From an uncultured Hyphomonas sp. (lineage in GTDB: Bacteria > Pseudomonadota > Alphaproteobacteria > Caulobacterales > Hyphomonadaceae), in NCBI GenBank assembly GCA_964350465.1, contig CAYGKE010000004.1, positions 20,616 to 84,615 of the forward strand: a DNA stretch of 64,000 nucleotides. The letters are read 5' to 3'. Each line of letters begins with the position of its first letter. The first letter of the stretch is position 1. A program made the translations under genes and the position numbers. Below the pieces are notes generated by a model. The model was not told the origin of the DNA. It worked only from the letters and a program-made list of their open reading frames with translations, and did no database searches. Positions 1 to 9,150 of the stretch are shown in pieces.

Positions 1-453
1 CGTCAGGGTGTCATCGAGTGCGAAAGCTACGGACCCAGTATCGGGCGCCTGTCGCAAAAGGTTGCAACTAATGGCGCGTTTGATGGTTTTGGTACGCATC
101 CGATTATTGGCGATGCCCAGATGTGCCGGGTGATAGATCGCTCTGGCGGCCCGACACGTCGGCAGGTGCGGGTCTTCCTGCCCTCACCAGACCATCGCGG
201 CGCGACCCCGCCCATGGTATCGGAGGTGTCAATTGGCCTCGAATATGTTGGTGACGAGACGGTTACGGTCGAAGCAGGCACTTTCGACTGTCATCACTTC
301 CGCTATGTCGATGAGGATGGCCCGGGTATGGGCGGCACTCAGCATCCCAATTACGATATGTGGGTCACCAAGGATGACTTCATCTTCGTGCAGGGCGGCG
401 TCGGCGGCTATATGTCGACCTGGTATGAGTTAGTTGAGCTCGAACGCGGTTAG
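1..453 (+). CDS. Hypothetical protein, 5'-truncated by window edge
   Basis: Frame is open from base 1 (RQGVIECESYGPSIGRLSQ...) through track ORF 121..453; stop overlaps that of the convergent ORF at 450. Confidence 0.7.
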   Translation, partial: RQGVIECESYGPSIGRLSQKVATNGAFDGFGTHPIIGDAQMCRVIDRSGGPTRRQVRVFLPSPDHRGATPPMVSEVSIGLEYVGDETVTVEAGTFDCHHFRYVDEDGPGMGGTQHPNYDMWVTKDDFIFVQGGVGGYMSTWYELVELERG

Positions 454-815
454 TCGACTTTCGCAAACTCTTCGGCGACATCCTCGCTCGATGCTTCGTC
501 GCCGCGATCCAGCGCTTCGCGGTCTTGCTGCAGGATGCGGAAGATACGGGCGATATATTCCTGCATCCACAGGCCGCGCTCATCGGCGGCCTGCTTGCTC
601 GGGACATACGCGTCGATACTGGCCTTGGACACGGTCTCGCCCGCTTCAAGCAAGCGCTCGATCGTATCCATACGTTCGTGCATGACGGCGATTTCCTGGA
701 TCAGCGCGAGGTTTATGTTCATCACCCGCTCGACATCAGGGTTTTCGAGGAACCAGGGGCGTTTACCTTTGGCCTTGGCTCCGGCGAGAGCAATTGGGTC
801 AATGGTCTGTGTCAT
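450..815 (-). CDS. Conserved hypothetical protein (121 aa) coupled to the methyltransferase
   Basis: Starts 2 nt after the methyltransferase stop; helical, AKGKRPWF motif. Confidence 0.75.
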   Translation of the reverse strand: MTQTIDPIALAGAKAKGKRPWFLENPDVERVMNINLALIQEIAVMHERMDTIERLLEAGETVSKASIDAYVPSKQAADERGLWMQEYIARIFRILQQDREALDRGDEASSEDVAEEFAKVD

Positions 816-817
816 GG

Positions 818-2056
818 TCAGGCTACCTTTTTCGCGCCGACGACATGCCAGGCAGCTTTTCGGCCAAAGTCTTCGCTGTCATCGTCAGCCGCGTCCGGGA
901 AGACGTCCTTGTCGACCACCGCGGCAACGCCGCCATGCATGATCTGATTGGCACCGAAGCCGGCGTCTTTCATCCAGGCGTCCATGTCGATTTCATGCAT
1001 CTTGGTCCAGAACGGCTCATTATTGTAGAAGGCATCCCAGTCGCGCATGGCCTGCTCAAATAGTGGCATGTCCTCGCTATATTGCGGCTGTTCGACATGC
1101 AGGACGATGCCGCCGGGTTTCAGAAGACGCTGCGTCTCGGCAAAGATTTTGGGCATCGACTTGTAGCTGGTCTCATGCAGGAACATGGTCGACTGCACCC
1201 AGTCAAAGCTTTCATCTTCGAAACAGGAAAGATCAGAAACATCATCCTGAATGAAGGTGACATTCTCGATCCCCATACTCTTGGCGCGAGCGAGCCCGTA
1301 GCGCAGCATAGGTGCCCCGGCATCAACGGCGATGACCTCGGCATCGGGGAAGGCGGCTGCAATGGGGAGGACATTGTGGCCAAGACCTGCCCCGATGTCG
1401 AGGATACGTTTAGGCTTGAAATCATCGCCAAAGGTCTGCTTGACCCATTCGGCAACAGCGACCCCACCGCCATCATTATAACGTCCGAGCATGCCGCCCG
1501 TTGTGGCGAAGATGCCCGCGTCGTAATTAGCGGGACCAGTAATGTCGCCCGGGACAAGTTCGGTATGATAGCTGCCCGGCATACAGTGATGGTCGATCGC
1601 TTCGGTTGAGCGTGGCTGTTTGAATTTCGGGTCCAGCACGAGGCGCTCGTCGCCTTCGGTAAGCTGTCGCACTTTTTCATTTAGCTCTTCGGCCTGACGC
1701 AGTGTGACCCAGCGACCAGCCTGCTGGCGGGTTTCCATCGTTGCCCGGCGCAGCGCCGACCACCACTGAAACATCGGATCTTTGGTCAGGGCTTTGCGAA
1801 CCTCATGACGGGATTTGAAATCGCGTTTGTTCTCTTTTTTGAAGGCAGGCTCTACGCGTGCCCCAAAGGCCTCGCCAACACCTGGCATGACTTTGGTCGA
1901 AAGATGCCGATTCATCTGTGCCAGAAAATTGAACCGTGCAATCTCGTCATGAGTTGTTTCGGGATAGACGCCATGGCGACCAACGACACGGTAATCCGGC
2001 GGTCCATCATACTCGATATCAGCTTTTTCTGGGACTGAGTGCGCGCTATCTGCCAT
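818..2056 (-). CDS. Class I SAM-dependent methyltransferase with long N-terminal extension
   Basis: Motif I RILDIGAGLG, VIAVDAG, FDWVQSTMFLHE, LLKPGG; upstream GGAG. Confidence 0.85.
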   Translation of the reverse strand: MADSAHSVPEKADIEYDGPPDYRVVGRHGVYPETTHDEIARFNFLAQMNRHLSTKVMPGVGEAFGARVEPAFKKENKRDFKSRHEVRKALTKDPMFQWWSALRRATMETRQQAGRWVTLRQAEELNEKVRQLTEGDERLVLDPKFKQPRSTEAIDHHCMPGSYHTELVPGDITGPANYDAGIFATTGGMLGRYNDGGGVAVAEWVKQTFGDDFKPKRILDIGAGLGHNVLPIAAAFPDAEVIAVDAGAPMLRYGLARAKSMGIENVTFIQDDVSDLSCFEDESFDWVQSTMFLHETSYKSMPKIFAETQRLLKPGGIVLHVEQPQYSEDMPLFEQAMRDWDAFYNNEPFWTKMHEIDMDAWMKDAGFGANQIMHGGVAAVVDKDVFPDAADDDSEDFGRKAAWHVVGAKKVA

Positions 2057-2132
2057 GTTTCATCTCCGTCTACCCTTAACAAAATGGCCGCGAAGCGCGA
2101 CTGTTTCAAGCAAGGGACTATTCAAGTTCGCT

Positions 2133-2148
2133 AAAAGATATATCATTT
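2133..2148 (+). promoter_or_regulatory. Operator A copy 1 (AAAAGATATATCATTT)
   Basis: 16-mer with palindromic GATATATC core in a divergent intergenic region; identical copies at 24171 and 29209. Confidence 0.75.
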
Positions 2149-2179
2149 GCAAAATATAGCCATAGGGGAGTTTACGGAT

Positions 2180-2494
2180 ATGAGCACCAAAATCGTCGCA
2201 CTGTTCAACTTGAAGCCAGGTATCAGCGTTTCAGACTATGAGGCCTGGGCCCAGAGCAAAGACATTCCGACCGTCAACGGATTGCAATCGGTTGATTCAT
2301 TTGAAGTCTATAAATCGGTTGGCCTGCTCGGTACCGACGACAAGCCGCCCTATGCCTATATCGAGACCATAGACGTCAATGACATGGAAAAGTTTGGCGG
2401 CGAGGTGTCGACTGACACCATGCAGTCCATTGCCGGCGAATTTCAGGCGATGGCCGATGACCTGGTCTTCATTCTGACGGACAAGCTGGGCTGA
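2180..2494 (+). CDS. HapK/REDY-like dimeric alpha+beta barrel protein
   Basis: IVALFNLKPGISVSDYEAWA...DIPTVNGL..VDSFEV, PYAYIE; ATG 2180 after GGGGAG preferred over the track's TTG 2147. Confidence 0.7.
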   Translation: MSTKIVALFNLKPGISVSDYEAWAQSKDIPTVNGLQSVDSFEVYKSVGLLGTDDKPPYAYIETIDVNDMEKFGGEVSTDTMQSIAGEFQAMADDLVFILTDKLG

Positions 2495-2499
2495 GCGCG

Positions 2500-3336
2500 A
2501 TGGGACGGTTTTCAGGAAAAACGGCCGTGATCACCGGCTCAGGCCGTCGCAAGGGCCTTGGGGAAGCGATTGCCAAACGCCTCGCCGAGGATGGCGCAAA
2601 TATTGTCATCTCGGATATTGGTGCACCGCGTGATGACGCCACTGGCGCGGAACACATTGGCTCCACCGATGAGATGGAAGCCATCGCTGCCGACATGCGC
2701 GCGCTTGGCGTCGATGCTTCGACCTGCGTGTGCGATGTTCGCTCACTCGAAGACGTGCGCGCGCTTGCGAAACATGCTGTCGACACGCATGGCAGTCTCG
2801 ATATCTGGGTCAATAATGCCGGCATCGGCTATATCATGAAGCCGCTGCTGGAGGTGACCGAAGACGACTGGCGCGCTGTGATCGATGTCAATCTGACGGG
2901 TGCCTTTTTCGGCGTGAAGGCGGCTGCCGAAGTTATGACCAAGCAAGGCAAGGGCGGGCGGATTATTAATGTCGCATCGCAGGCGGCCAAGTCGGGCTTC
3001 CCGCATGCGCAAGCCTATACGTCCTCGAAACATGGACTCGTTGGTCTTGTGCGCTCAGCCGCAGTTGAACTGGGCGGCGACAAGATCACGGTCAACAATG
3101 TTTGCCCGAACCATGTCACGACGGGGCTTGGCGCCTGGCAGAATGAGTATTTCGCAAAAGTCGTTGGCGCAGATTCGGTTGATGATTATCTCAAGGCCAT
3201 GGCGGCGCGGATTCCATTGGGACGACCCGGATTGCCTGAGGACACTGCGAATGCGGTGGCCTGGCTATGCTCTGATGAGGCCAACTATATTACTGCTGAG
3301 AGCATGAATGTCTCAGGCGGCGAGGAACCGCACTGA
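2500..3336 (+). CDS. SDR family oxidoreductase
   Basis: TGSGRRKGLG, NNAG, YTSSK catalytic motif. Confidence 0.9.
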   Translation: MGRFSGKTAVITGSGRRKGLGEAIAKRLAEDGANIVISDIGAPRDDATGAEHIGSTDEMEAIAADMRALGVDASTCVCDVRSLEDVRALAKHAVDTHGSLDIWVNNAGIGYIMKPLLEVTEDDWRAVIDVNLTGAFFGVKAAAEVMTKQGKGGRIINVASQAAKSGFPHAQAYTSSKHGLVGLVRSAAVELGGDKITVNNVCPNHVTTGLGAWQNEYFAKVVGADSVDDYLKAMAARIPLGRPGLPEDTANAVAWLCSDEANYITAESMNVSGGEEPH

Positions 3337-4235
3337 TGGTGGTCCCTCCCGATCCTGCCCCGAAGGACTTCACTTGGCCGGGCGGCGCCAAACTTGCGCT
3401 GTCAATTGTCGTGAATGTCGAGGAAGGCGCTGAGAAGCGCGTTGATGAGGGCGACAAGAAGCCTGAACCGGTCGATGAGCTGAAAGCGGTGCCATCTGCG
3501 CCGATCCGCGTATTCTCGAATGAAAGCAACTACCAGTACGGTATCAATCGTGGCGCGCCGCGTGTCTTGAAGCTGCTCGACAAGGCGGGCGTGAACGCAA
3601 CCTGGACCGTCTGCGGGCAAGCGCTTGAAAAGGCACAATGGCTTGCCGATGCCTTGATGGCGCGCGGGGATGAACCGGCCGACCATGGCCATAAATGGGC
3701 CTTCACGGCCTTTATGGATGAAGACCGAGAGACGGCATTTATCGAGAAGAGCGCGGCCAGTATCGAGAAGACCTGCGGGCGTCGTCCGGCCGGTTGGCTG
3801 TCACGCTACCTCTATTCAGAAAATACCCGGCGCATTCTCAAGGCGCAGGGCTACACCTACCATATGGATGATTTTTCCGACGACTTTCCGTATTGGGATC
3901 AGGTCGACATGGGCAACGGAACGCGTGAGCCGATGGTGATCCTGCCTTATGCGATCGATAGCAATGACATGAAATTCTGGATTGATCCGTCTTTCACGAC
4001 GCAGATGTGGATCGACTATGCCAAGCAGACTTTTGATTGGCTGCTCAATGAGTCTGAAACTGAAGGCGCGCGGATGATGAGCCTTGGGCTGCATTTGCGT
4101 ATCATCGGTCGACCCGGCCGTATCGGCGCGCTGGAAGAAGTGCTGGATTATGTGACCAGTAAATCCGGGGTCTGGATCGCCACACGTGAACAAATCGCGC
4201 AGCACTTTGCTGTGCACGTGAAGCCGGAGAGTTGA
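3336..4235 (+). CDS. PuuE/allantoinase-like CE4 (polysaccharide deacetylase fold) hydrolase
   Basis: WPGGAKLALSIVVNVEEG, DHGHKW, GLHLRIIGRPGR. Confidence 0.8.
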   Translation: MVVPPDPAPKDFTWPGGAKLALSIVVNVEEGAEKRVDEGDKKPEPVDELKAVPSAPIRVFSNESNYQYGINRGAPRVLKLLDKAGVNATWTVCGQALEKAQWLADALMARGDEPADHGHKWAFTAFMDEDRETAFIEKSAASIEKTCGRRPAGWLSRYLYSENTRRILKAQGYTYHMDDFSDDFPYWDQVDMGNGTREPMVILPYAIDSNDMKFWIDPSFTTQMWIDYAKQTFDWLLNESETEGARMMSLGLHLRIIGRPGRIGALEEVLDYVTSKSGVWIATREQIAQHFAVHVKPES

Positions 4236-4236
4236 G

Positions 4237-4863
4237 ATGACACGGAAACTATTGGCAGTGCTTAGTGTGCTAGCTCTATCTGGCTGCATCGTCATCGAGT
4301 CAGATGAAGTTCATTCTGAAGTCGCGCGAGAGATTGAGCGCGAGATCGTTGCCGACAAAGCCGAGGCTGCTGTCGCCAACCCGCTTGATCTACGCCGCAC
4401 AACTTTGGTCGTTCGGGACATTGAGAGGTCGCTCGCTCTATATCGCGACGCGCTGGGCATGACCGTCGAGTATGATCAGGAATTGACCTCACCGGGCCTT
4501 AGCATGCGATATGGCGCCGATGGTGCGAACCGCTCGCGCCTCGTGCTCTTGAAAGCCAATGACAGCTTCATCGGTATGCTTGGTCTGTGGCAGTTCCTTG
4601 ATCAGACCGAGAAAGATCTGGCTGGACCTGACGCCGCCGATTTCACGCCCGGAGAGATCGTTCTCCTGTTCAATTCCAAGACCCTGGATGAGACTTTTCC
4701 TGCCGCCGCCGCAGCGCCGGGTGTGCAAATAGTCGGCGAACCGCATGAGCGGCGTTATCCCTCACCGGCCGGCGACATTGTCGTGATGGTGTCTATGCTG
4801 GTCGATAATGACGGGCATACGATCGAGCTCAACCAGATTATTTCCGATCCGCGTAATCCATGA
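4237..4863 (+). CDS. VOC/glyoxalase-fold lipoprotein
   Basis: Lipobox LALSG-C; TLVVRDIERSLALYRDALG and DNDGHTIEL VOC motifs. Confidence 0.75.
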   Translation: MTRKLLAVLSVLALSGCIVIESDEVHSEVAREIEREIVADKAEAAVANPLDLRRTTLVVRDIERSLALYRDALGMTVEYDQELTSPGLSMRYGADGANRSRLVLLKANDSFIGMLGLWQFLDQTEKDLAGPDAADFTPGEIVLLFNSKTLDETFPAAAAAPGVQIVGEPHERRYPSPAGDIVVMVSMLVDNDGHTIELNQIISDPRNP

Positions 4864-5420
4864 CACGGCTATCTCCCTTGTCCCTTGATCAGGTCGATCC
4901 GGAAACACGGTCCATGATCGAGAATGCAGAGAATCTGATGGGGTTTGTCCCGAATGATGCGCTGGTCATGGCCCGCCACCCGGCTTTGCTCAAAGCCATG
5001 TGGGGCTTAGTTGCAGCGATCTATGGACCGGGCGATGTGGACAATGGCTTGAAGCGATTGGTCGGAGAAGCAGCAAGCAAAGCTGCCGGTTGTTTCTATT
5101 GCTCGGCCCATGCCGCTCATGGCGCGCGGGAACATGGTGTCTCAGCTGAGAAGATCGAAGCGGTCTGGTCGTTTGAGGATAGCCCGCTTTTCACTGAGGC
5201 TGAACGTGCAGCTATTGCACTGGCCATGAAGGCGGGTGCCATACCTAATGAAACCGAAGACACGGATTTTGATCGCTTGAAACAGAATTTCAGCGATCGT
5301 CAGATCACAGAAATCGTTGCCGTCATTGCCATGTTTGGCTTCCTCAATCGATGGAACACAACGCTGGGCACAGCGCTGGAGCCGATGCCGATGGCTTCAG
5401 TGGAAGGACTTGCCTCATGA
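4860..5420 (+). CDS. AhpD-like / carboxymuconolactone decarboxylase family protein
   Basis: GCFYCSAH (CxxCxxH), FTEAERAAI, FLNRWN. Confidence 0.8.
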   Translation: MTRLSPLSLDQVDPETRSMIENAENLMGFVPNDALVMARHPALLKAMWGLVAAIYGPGDVDNGLKRLVGEAASKAAGCFYCSAHAAHGAREHGVSAEKIEAVWSFEDSPLFTEAERAAIALAMKAGAIPNETEDTDFDRLKQNFSDRQITEIVAVIAMFGFLNRWNTTLGTALEPMPMASVEGLAS

Positions 5421-6520
5421 TCAGGACGTTACGGCTGCTTGCTATTCTTGGCGGTCTTGGCCTCGCGTCTTGTGTAGCCCCAGCACCGCAGACCCCCGCC
5501 ATTGCACAGACTACGGCAGCGCCCTGGTCGCCGCCGCCGATGGTTAAGCCGGAACCGATCACGCGCCAGCCCTGGCAGGAGGCGGTCGTCAGTGTGCGTG
5601 ATATCGACACGACAGCCCGGTTTTTTCTTGAAGTAGCCGGTTACGAGGTCCGCACACGCGGACCGGTCGATTCCGCCATGCTTGAACATTGGGGGCTGCC
5701 CGCTGAAGCGAGTGCTGAGGCACTCGTTCTTGGTCGTCCTGGGCACGATCAGGGTCAGGTCAGGCTGGTTGAATTCAAAGACGCCGGCCGGCAAGTGCCG
5801 ATGCGTCCGGGCGCGCGTGCTTGGGATACGGGTTGTTACTTCTCACTCATGGTGCGCGCCAAAGATCTTGAGGCACGTTACGAAGAAGCGCTCGCGCTGG
5901 GCTGGTGGACCGAAACGCCCATTGCCGATCTTGAGTTTGGCACGTCAGTCCTGAAGATCGTCATCTTTCGCGGCCCTGACGGATTGCAGGTCCAAGCCTA
6001 TGAGCGTATCAGTCCGGAACTGCCCGAGGCGATTGGGCCATTTGAGCGTATGACGCAGCCTTTCAACGTGATGCAAATGGTGGCTGACCGCGACAAGACG
6101 CGAGAGCTTCTGGTCGGTGTCCTAGGTTTCGATACGTTCTGGTTCGGCCCGCCCTATGTTGATGAAGAGCCGACCTATATGCCAATTGGCATTCCTTATA
6201 ATCTGACGACCAGTGTGCATTATGGCGCCGGCATCTTCTATCCGCAGCCAGGTGAGTTCGGCCGGATGGAAAGTATTGAAATCATGGATCTGGAAGGCCG
6301 TGATTATTCCGACCGCTGCGCCGCGCCGAATTACGGCATCTTGGCGGTCCGTTTCCCTGTCGAGGATCTCGAAACGGCTCGTACCATGATTGAAGCGCGC
6401 GGCTGGCCGATTGCACGGGCAAAGACACAAACTGATATTGCTGGACTGGGCGAGGTTGAGATATTGGGCATCGATACGCCAGACGGTGCGATGGTAGATT
6501 TCTATGCGCTGGTTCCCTGA
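5417..6520 (+). CDS. Tandem-VOC-domain lipoprotein
   Basis: ATG 5417 overlaps the previous stop (ATGA); lipobox LAS-C; repeated VOC strands (SVRDIDTTARFF, GPDGL, TPDGAMVDF). Confidence 0.7.
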   Translation: MIRTLRLLAILGGLGLASCVAPAPQTPAIAQTTAAPWSPPPMVKPEPITRQPWQEAVVSVRDIDTTARFFLEVAGYEVRTRGPVDSAMLEHWGLPAEASAEALVLGRPGHDQGQVRLVEFKDAGRQVPMRPGARAWDTGCYFSLMVRAKDLEARYEEALALGWWTETPIADLEFGTSVLKIVIFRGPDGLQVQAYERISPELPEAIGPFERMTQPFNVMQMVADRDKTRELLVGVLGFDTFWFGPPYVDEEPTYMPIGIPYNLTTSVHYGAGIFYPQPGEFGRMESIEIMDLEGRDYSDRCAAPNYGILAVRFPVEDLETARTMIEARGWPIARAKTQTDIAGLGEVEILGIDTPDGAMVDFYALVP

Positions 6521-6535
6521 GGGCGCGGATTCCTG

Positions 6536-6564
6536 TTGACCTCTGCTTATACGCGCCCTAATTT
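6536..6564 (+). promoter_or_regulatory. Putative sigma70 promoter of the CitE-MaoC operon
   Basis: TTGACC-17 nt-TAATTT; the -10 overlaps operator B. Confidence 0.55.
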
Positions 6565-6576
6565 GTCCGGACAAAT
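6561..6576. promoter_or_regulatory. Operator B copy 1 (ATTTGTCCGGACAAAT, perfect palindrome)
   Basis: Perfect 16-bp palindrome 11 nt upstream of ATG 6588; resembles HutC-subfamily GntR boxes. Confidence 0.75.
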
Positions 6577-6587
6577 CCGGATGAGTC

Positions 6588-7406
6588 ATGATACCCACTT
6601 TTCGTTCCTTGCTTTTCGTGCCAGGCGCACGGCCTGATCGTTTTGATAAAGCGGCGTCGGCTGGCGCTGATACGATTATCATTGATCTGGAAGACGCTGT
6701 TCTGCGCGCTGACAAAGTTGAGGCGCGATCAGCTTCGCTCGGTTGGCTGGCGCACCGTGAAAAGACCGTTTGCGCCGGCATACGCATCAATTCGCCGAGA
6801 ACTGCCGAGGGGTGCGCCGATATCGCCGCGCTCGCCATGTCCGGCTGCAGCCCGGACTTTGTCATGGTGCCGAAAGCCGAAACGGGCGTGGATATGGAAA
6901 TTGTCGGCGAAGCCTTGGGCGGCGGTGCCTCACTAATCGCAGTGATCGAAAGTGGACGCGGCTTGCGCCGAGCTTTTGACATTGCCCAGCAATCGGCTGG
7001 CGGTATCCTGTTTGGTGGCGCAGATTTCAGCGCAAGTGTCGGCGCAGACCTGTCAGATTGGGATGCCATGCTGACAGCGCGAGGAACAATCGCAGCAGCC
7101 AGCGGTGCTGCGGGTATCCCCTGCTATGACGTGCCTTACCTGGACATAAAAAATGACGAAGGGCTGCGCGCCAGCACTGCGAAGGCCAAGTCCCTGGGTT
7201 TCTCCGGCCGTACCTGTATTCACCCTGTACAAGTGGAGGGTGTGAACGACGTGTTTTCGCCGACCCCCGCAGAAATTGTAGAGGCCCGCGAAATTATCAA
7301 ATCCCTTAATGACTCAGATGGCGGTGCTGTCCTGCACAAAGGAAAACTGGTCGATCGCCCGATCATTCTCGCGGCGCAAAGAACACTCGCCAAGATCGAC
7401 GAATAG
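6588..7406 (+). CDS. CitE-like acyl-CoA lyase (HpcH/HpaI aldolase-citrate lyase family; citramalyl/malyl-CoA lyase type)
   Basis: RSLLFVPG, IIDLEDAV, GIRIN, VPKAE, IES, FGGADF, CIHP. Confidence 0.85.
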   Translation: MIPTFRSLLFVPGARPDRFDKAASAGADTIIIDLEDAVLRADKVEARSASLGWLAHREKTVCAGIRINSPRTAEGCADIAALAMSGCSPDFVMVPKAETGVDMEIVGEALGGGASLIAVIESGRGLRRAFDIAQQSAGGILFGGADFSASVGADLSDWDAMLTARGTIAAASGAAGIPCYDVPYLDIKNDEGLRASTAKAKSLGFSGRTCIHPVQVEGVNDVFSPTPAEIVEAREIIKSLNDSDGGAVLHKGKLVDRPIILAAQRTLAKIDE

Positions 7407-7419
7407 AGAGGCAATAGAC

Positions 7420-7941
7420 ATGGTCAAAACTGTAAAAGAGGTTGGTCCTAATCGCTACCGCGAGACCTTCGGGCGCTATTTCGAAGATTTCAAAGAAGGC
7501 GACATATACGAACACCGCCCCGGTAAGACGGTAACCGAGTATGACAATCACATGTTCACGTTAATGACGATGAACACACATCCGATGCATTTCGATGCCG
7601 AGTTCGCTGCCGCTAGTGAGTTCAAAAAGAACCTGGTCGTCTCGCCTTACACGCTGGCCTTGCTGATCGGCATGAGCGTCACCGATACATCCCAGAAAGC
7701 TATCGCCAATCTCGGTATGGACGAGGTGAAGTTCACCGCGCCTGTCTTTGCAGGGGATACGATCTATGGCGAGAGTGAAGTTCTCGGCAAACGCGAAAGC
7801 AAGAGCCGGCCAGGTCAAGGCATCGTGACCATCGTGACGCGCGGCTACAATCAGGACGGGGTGATGATCTGCACGTTCAAACGCAATATGCTGATCCCAT
7901 CAGCCGGTAACGCCGTCGAAGACAAGATAGACACATATTAG
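7420..7941 (+). CDS. MaoC-family (R)-specific enoyl-CoA hydratase, RipB/Ich-like
   Basis: GRYFEDF, DNHMFTLMTMNTHPMHFD, PVFAGDTIYGESEVL; ATG 7420 preferred over the track's 7309. Confidence 0.85.
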   Translation: MVKTVKEVGPNRYRETFGRYFEDFKEGDIYEHRPGKTVTEYDNHMFTLMTMNTHPMHFDAEFAAASEFKKNLVVSPYTLALLIGMSVTDTSQKAIANLGMDEVKFTAPVFAGDTIYGESEVLGKRESKSRPGQGIVTIVTRGYNQDGVMICTFKRNMLIPSAGNAVEDKIDTY

Positions 7942-7950
7942 GAGGCCATC

Positions 7951-9150
7951 ATGGCAGATAGTGCATACATGTCGGCAGAGGCCGCAGAAGAAGAAGCGAT
8001 CATGCTGGACGCCATCGACAAATGGCTCGAGCAGAAGGTTAAGCCGGTTGCGATGGAGCTGGAGCACGCCAACGAGTATCCGCATGCGCTGGTCGAGGAT
8101 ATGAAAGAGATGGGTCTGTTTGGCGCTCTGATCGATCCTGAATTCGGCGGCCTTGGCCTGACAGCATCGCTGTACGCCAAAATTGTCACGCGTATCTCCG
8201 AAGAGTGGATGAGCCTCACGGGTATCTTCAACTCGCATCTTATGATGGCGCAGATTGTTCAGCGTTTCGGGACGCAGAAACAGAAAGAACACTGGCTGCC
8301 GAAATTTGCGACCGGTGAAATTCGCGGCGGCCTCGCATTGACCGAACCCAATGCAGGGACCGACCTGCAAGCGCTGACCACCAAGGCAACTCGCGTGGGC
8401 GACAAATATGTTGTCGAAGGCGCCAAGACGTGGATTTCAAACGCGATTGAAGGCCATTGCGTTGCGTTGCTTTGCAAGACCGACACGAAAGCTGAACCGC
8501 GTTACAAAGGCATGTCGATCCTGATCACGCAGACCAAGATTCCTGAGACGCGCGAAGACCTGCCAGGTGTCAAGAATGGCAACAAGCTGGAGAAGCTTGG
8601 CTATAAGGGCATCGATAGCGGCGAGCTGATCTACGATAATTATGAATGCGATGCTGAGCTTTGCCTGGTCGGCGGCGAAGAAGGCAAGGGCTTCTTCATG
8701 GCGACCGGCGGCTTGGAGATTGGCCGGATCAATATTGCTGCGCGCTCGGTTGGGATTGCGCGCCGCGCGCTCAAGGAAAGTGTTGCCTATGCCCAGACGC
8801 GCAAGTCCATGGGCAAGCCGATCTGTGAGCATCAGGCGATCCAACTCAAGCTTGGTGAAATGGGGGCCAAGACCCGCGCCGCTGAACTACTCGTGGCAGA
8901 TGCGGCGCGCGCCTATGACACGGGCGAACGGATCGATATGGAGGCTGGCATGGCGAAGTATTTTGCCTCGGAGACCGCTGTCGAAGTCGCCACTGAAGCG
9001 ATGCGTATTCATGGCGGTTATGGCTACTCAAAGGAATATGTGATCGAGCGGCTCTACCGCGACGCCCCACTGATGTGCATTGGCGAAGGCACGAATGAGA
9101 TGCAGCGCATCATCATCTCGAAACAGCTGGTCAAGCGGAACCCGGTCTGA
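7951..9150 (+). CDS. Acyl-CoA dehydrogenase
   Basis: LTEPNAGTD, GAKTWISN, KLGYKG, RIHGGYGY, IGEGTNEMQR. Confidence 0.92.
   Translation: MADSAYMSAEAAEEEAIMLDAIDKWLEQKVKPVAMELEHANEYPHALVEDMKEMGLFGALIDPEFGGLGLTASLYAKIVTRISEEWMSLTGIFNSHLMMAQIVQRFGTQKQKEHWLPKFATGEIRGGLALTEPNAGTDLQALTTKATRVGDKYVVEGAKTWISNAIEGHCVALLCKTDTKAEPRYKGMSILITQTKIPETREDLPGVKNGNKLEKLGYKGIDSGELIYDNYECDAELCLVGGEEGKGFFMATGGLEIGRINIAARSVGIARRALKESVAYAQTRKSMGKPICEHQAIQLKLGEMGAKTRAAELLVADAARAYDTGERIDMEAGMAKYFASETAVEVATEAMRIHGGYGYSKEYVIERLYRDAPLMCIGEGTNEMQRIIISKQLVKRNPV

Noticed and set aside
818-2056. Methyltransferase as a DNA MTase or defence gene
   Set aside because: No DPPY/NPPY or PCQ motif; small-molecule type in metabolic context
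2180-2494. Prodigiosin biosynthesis cluster suggested by HapK
   Set aside because: No PKS/NRPS, PigC-like condensing enzyme or carrier proteins in the window
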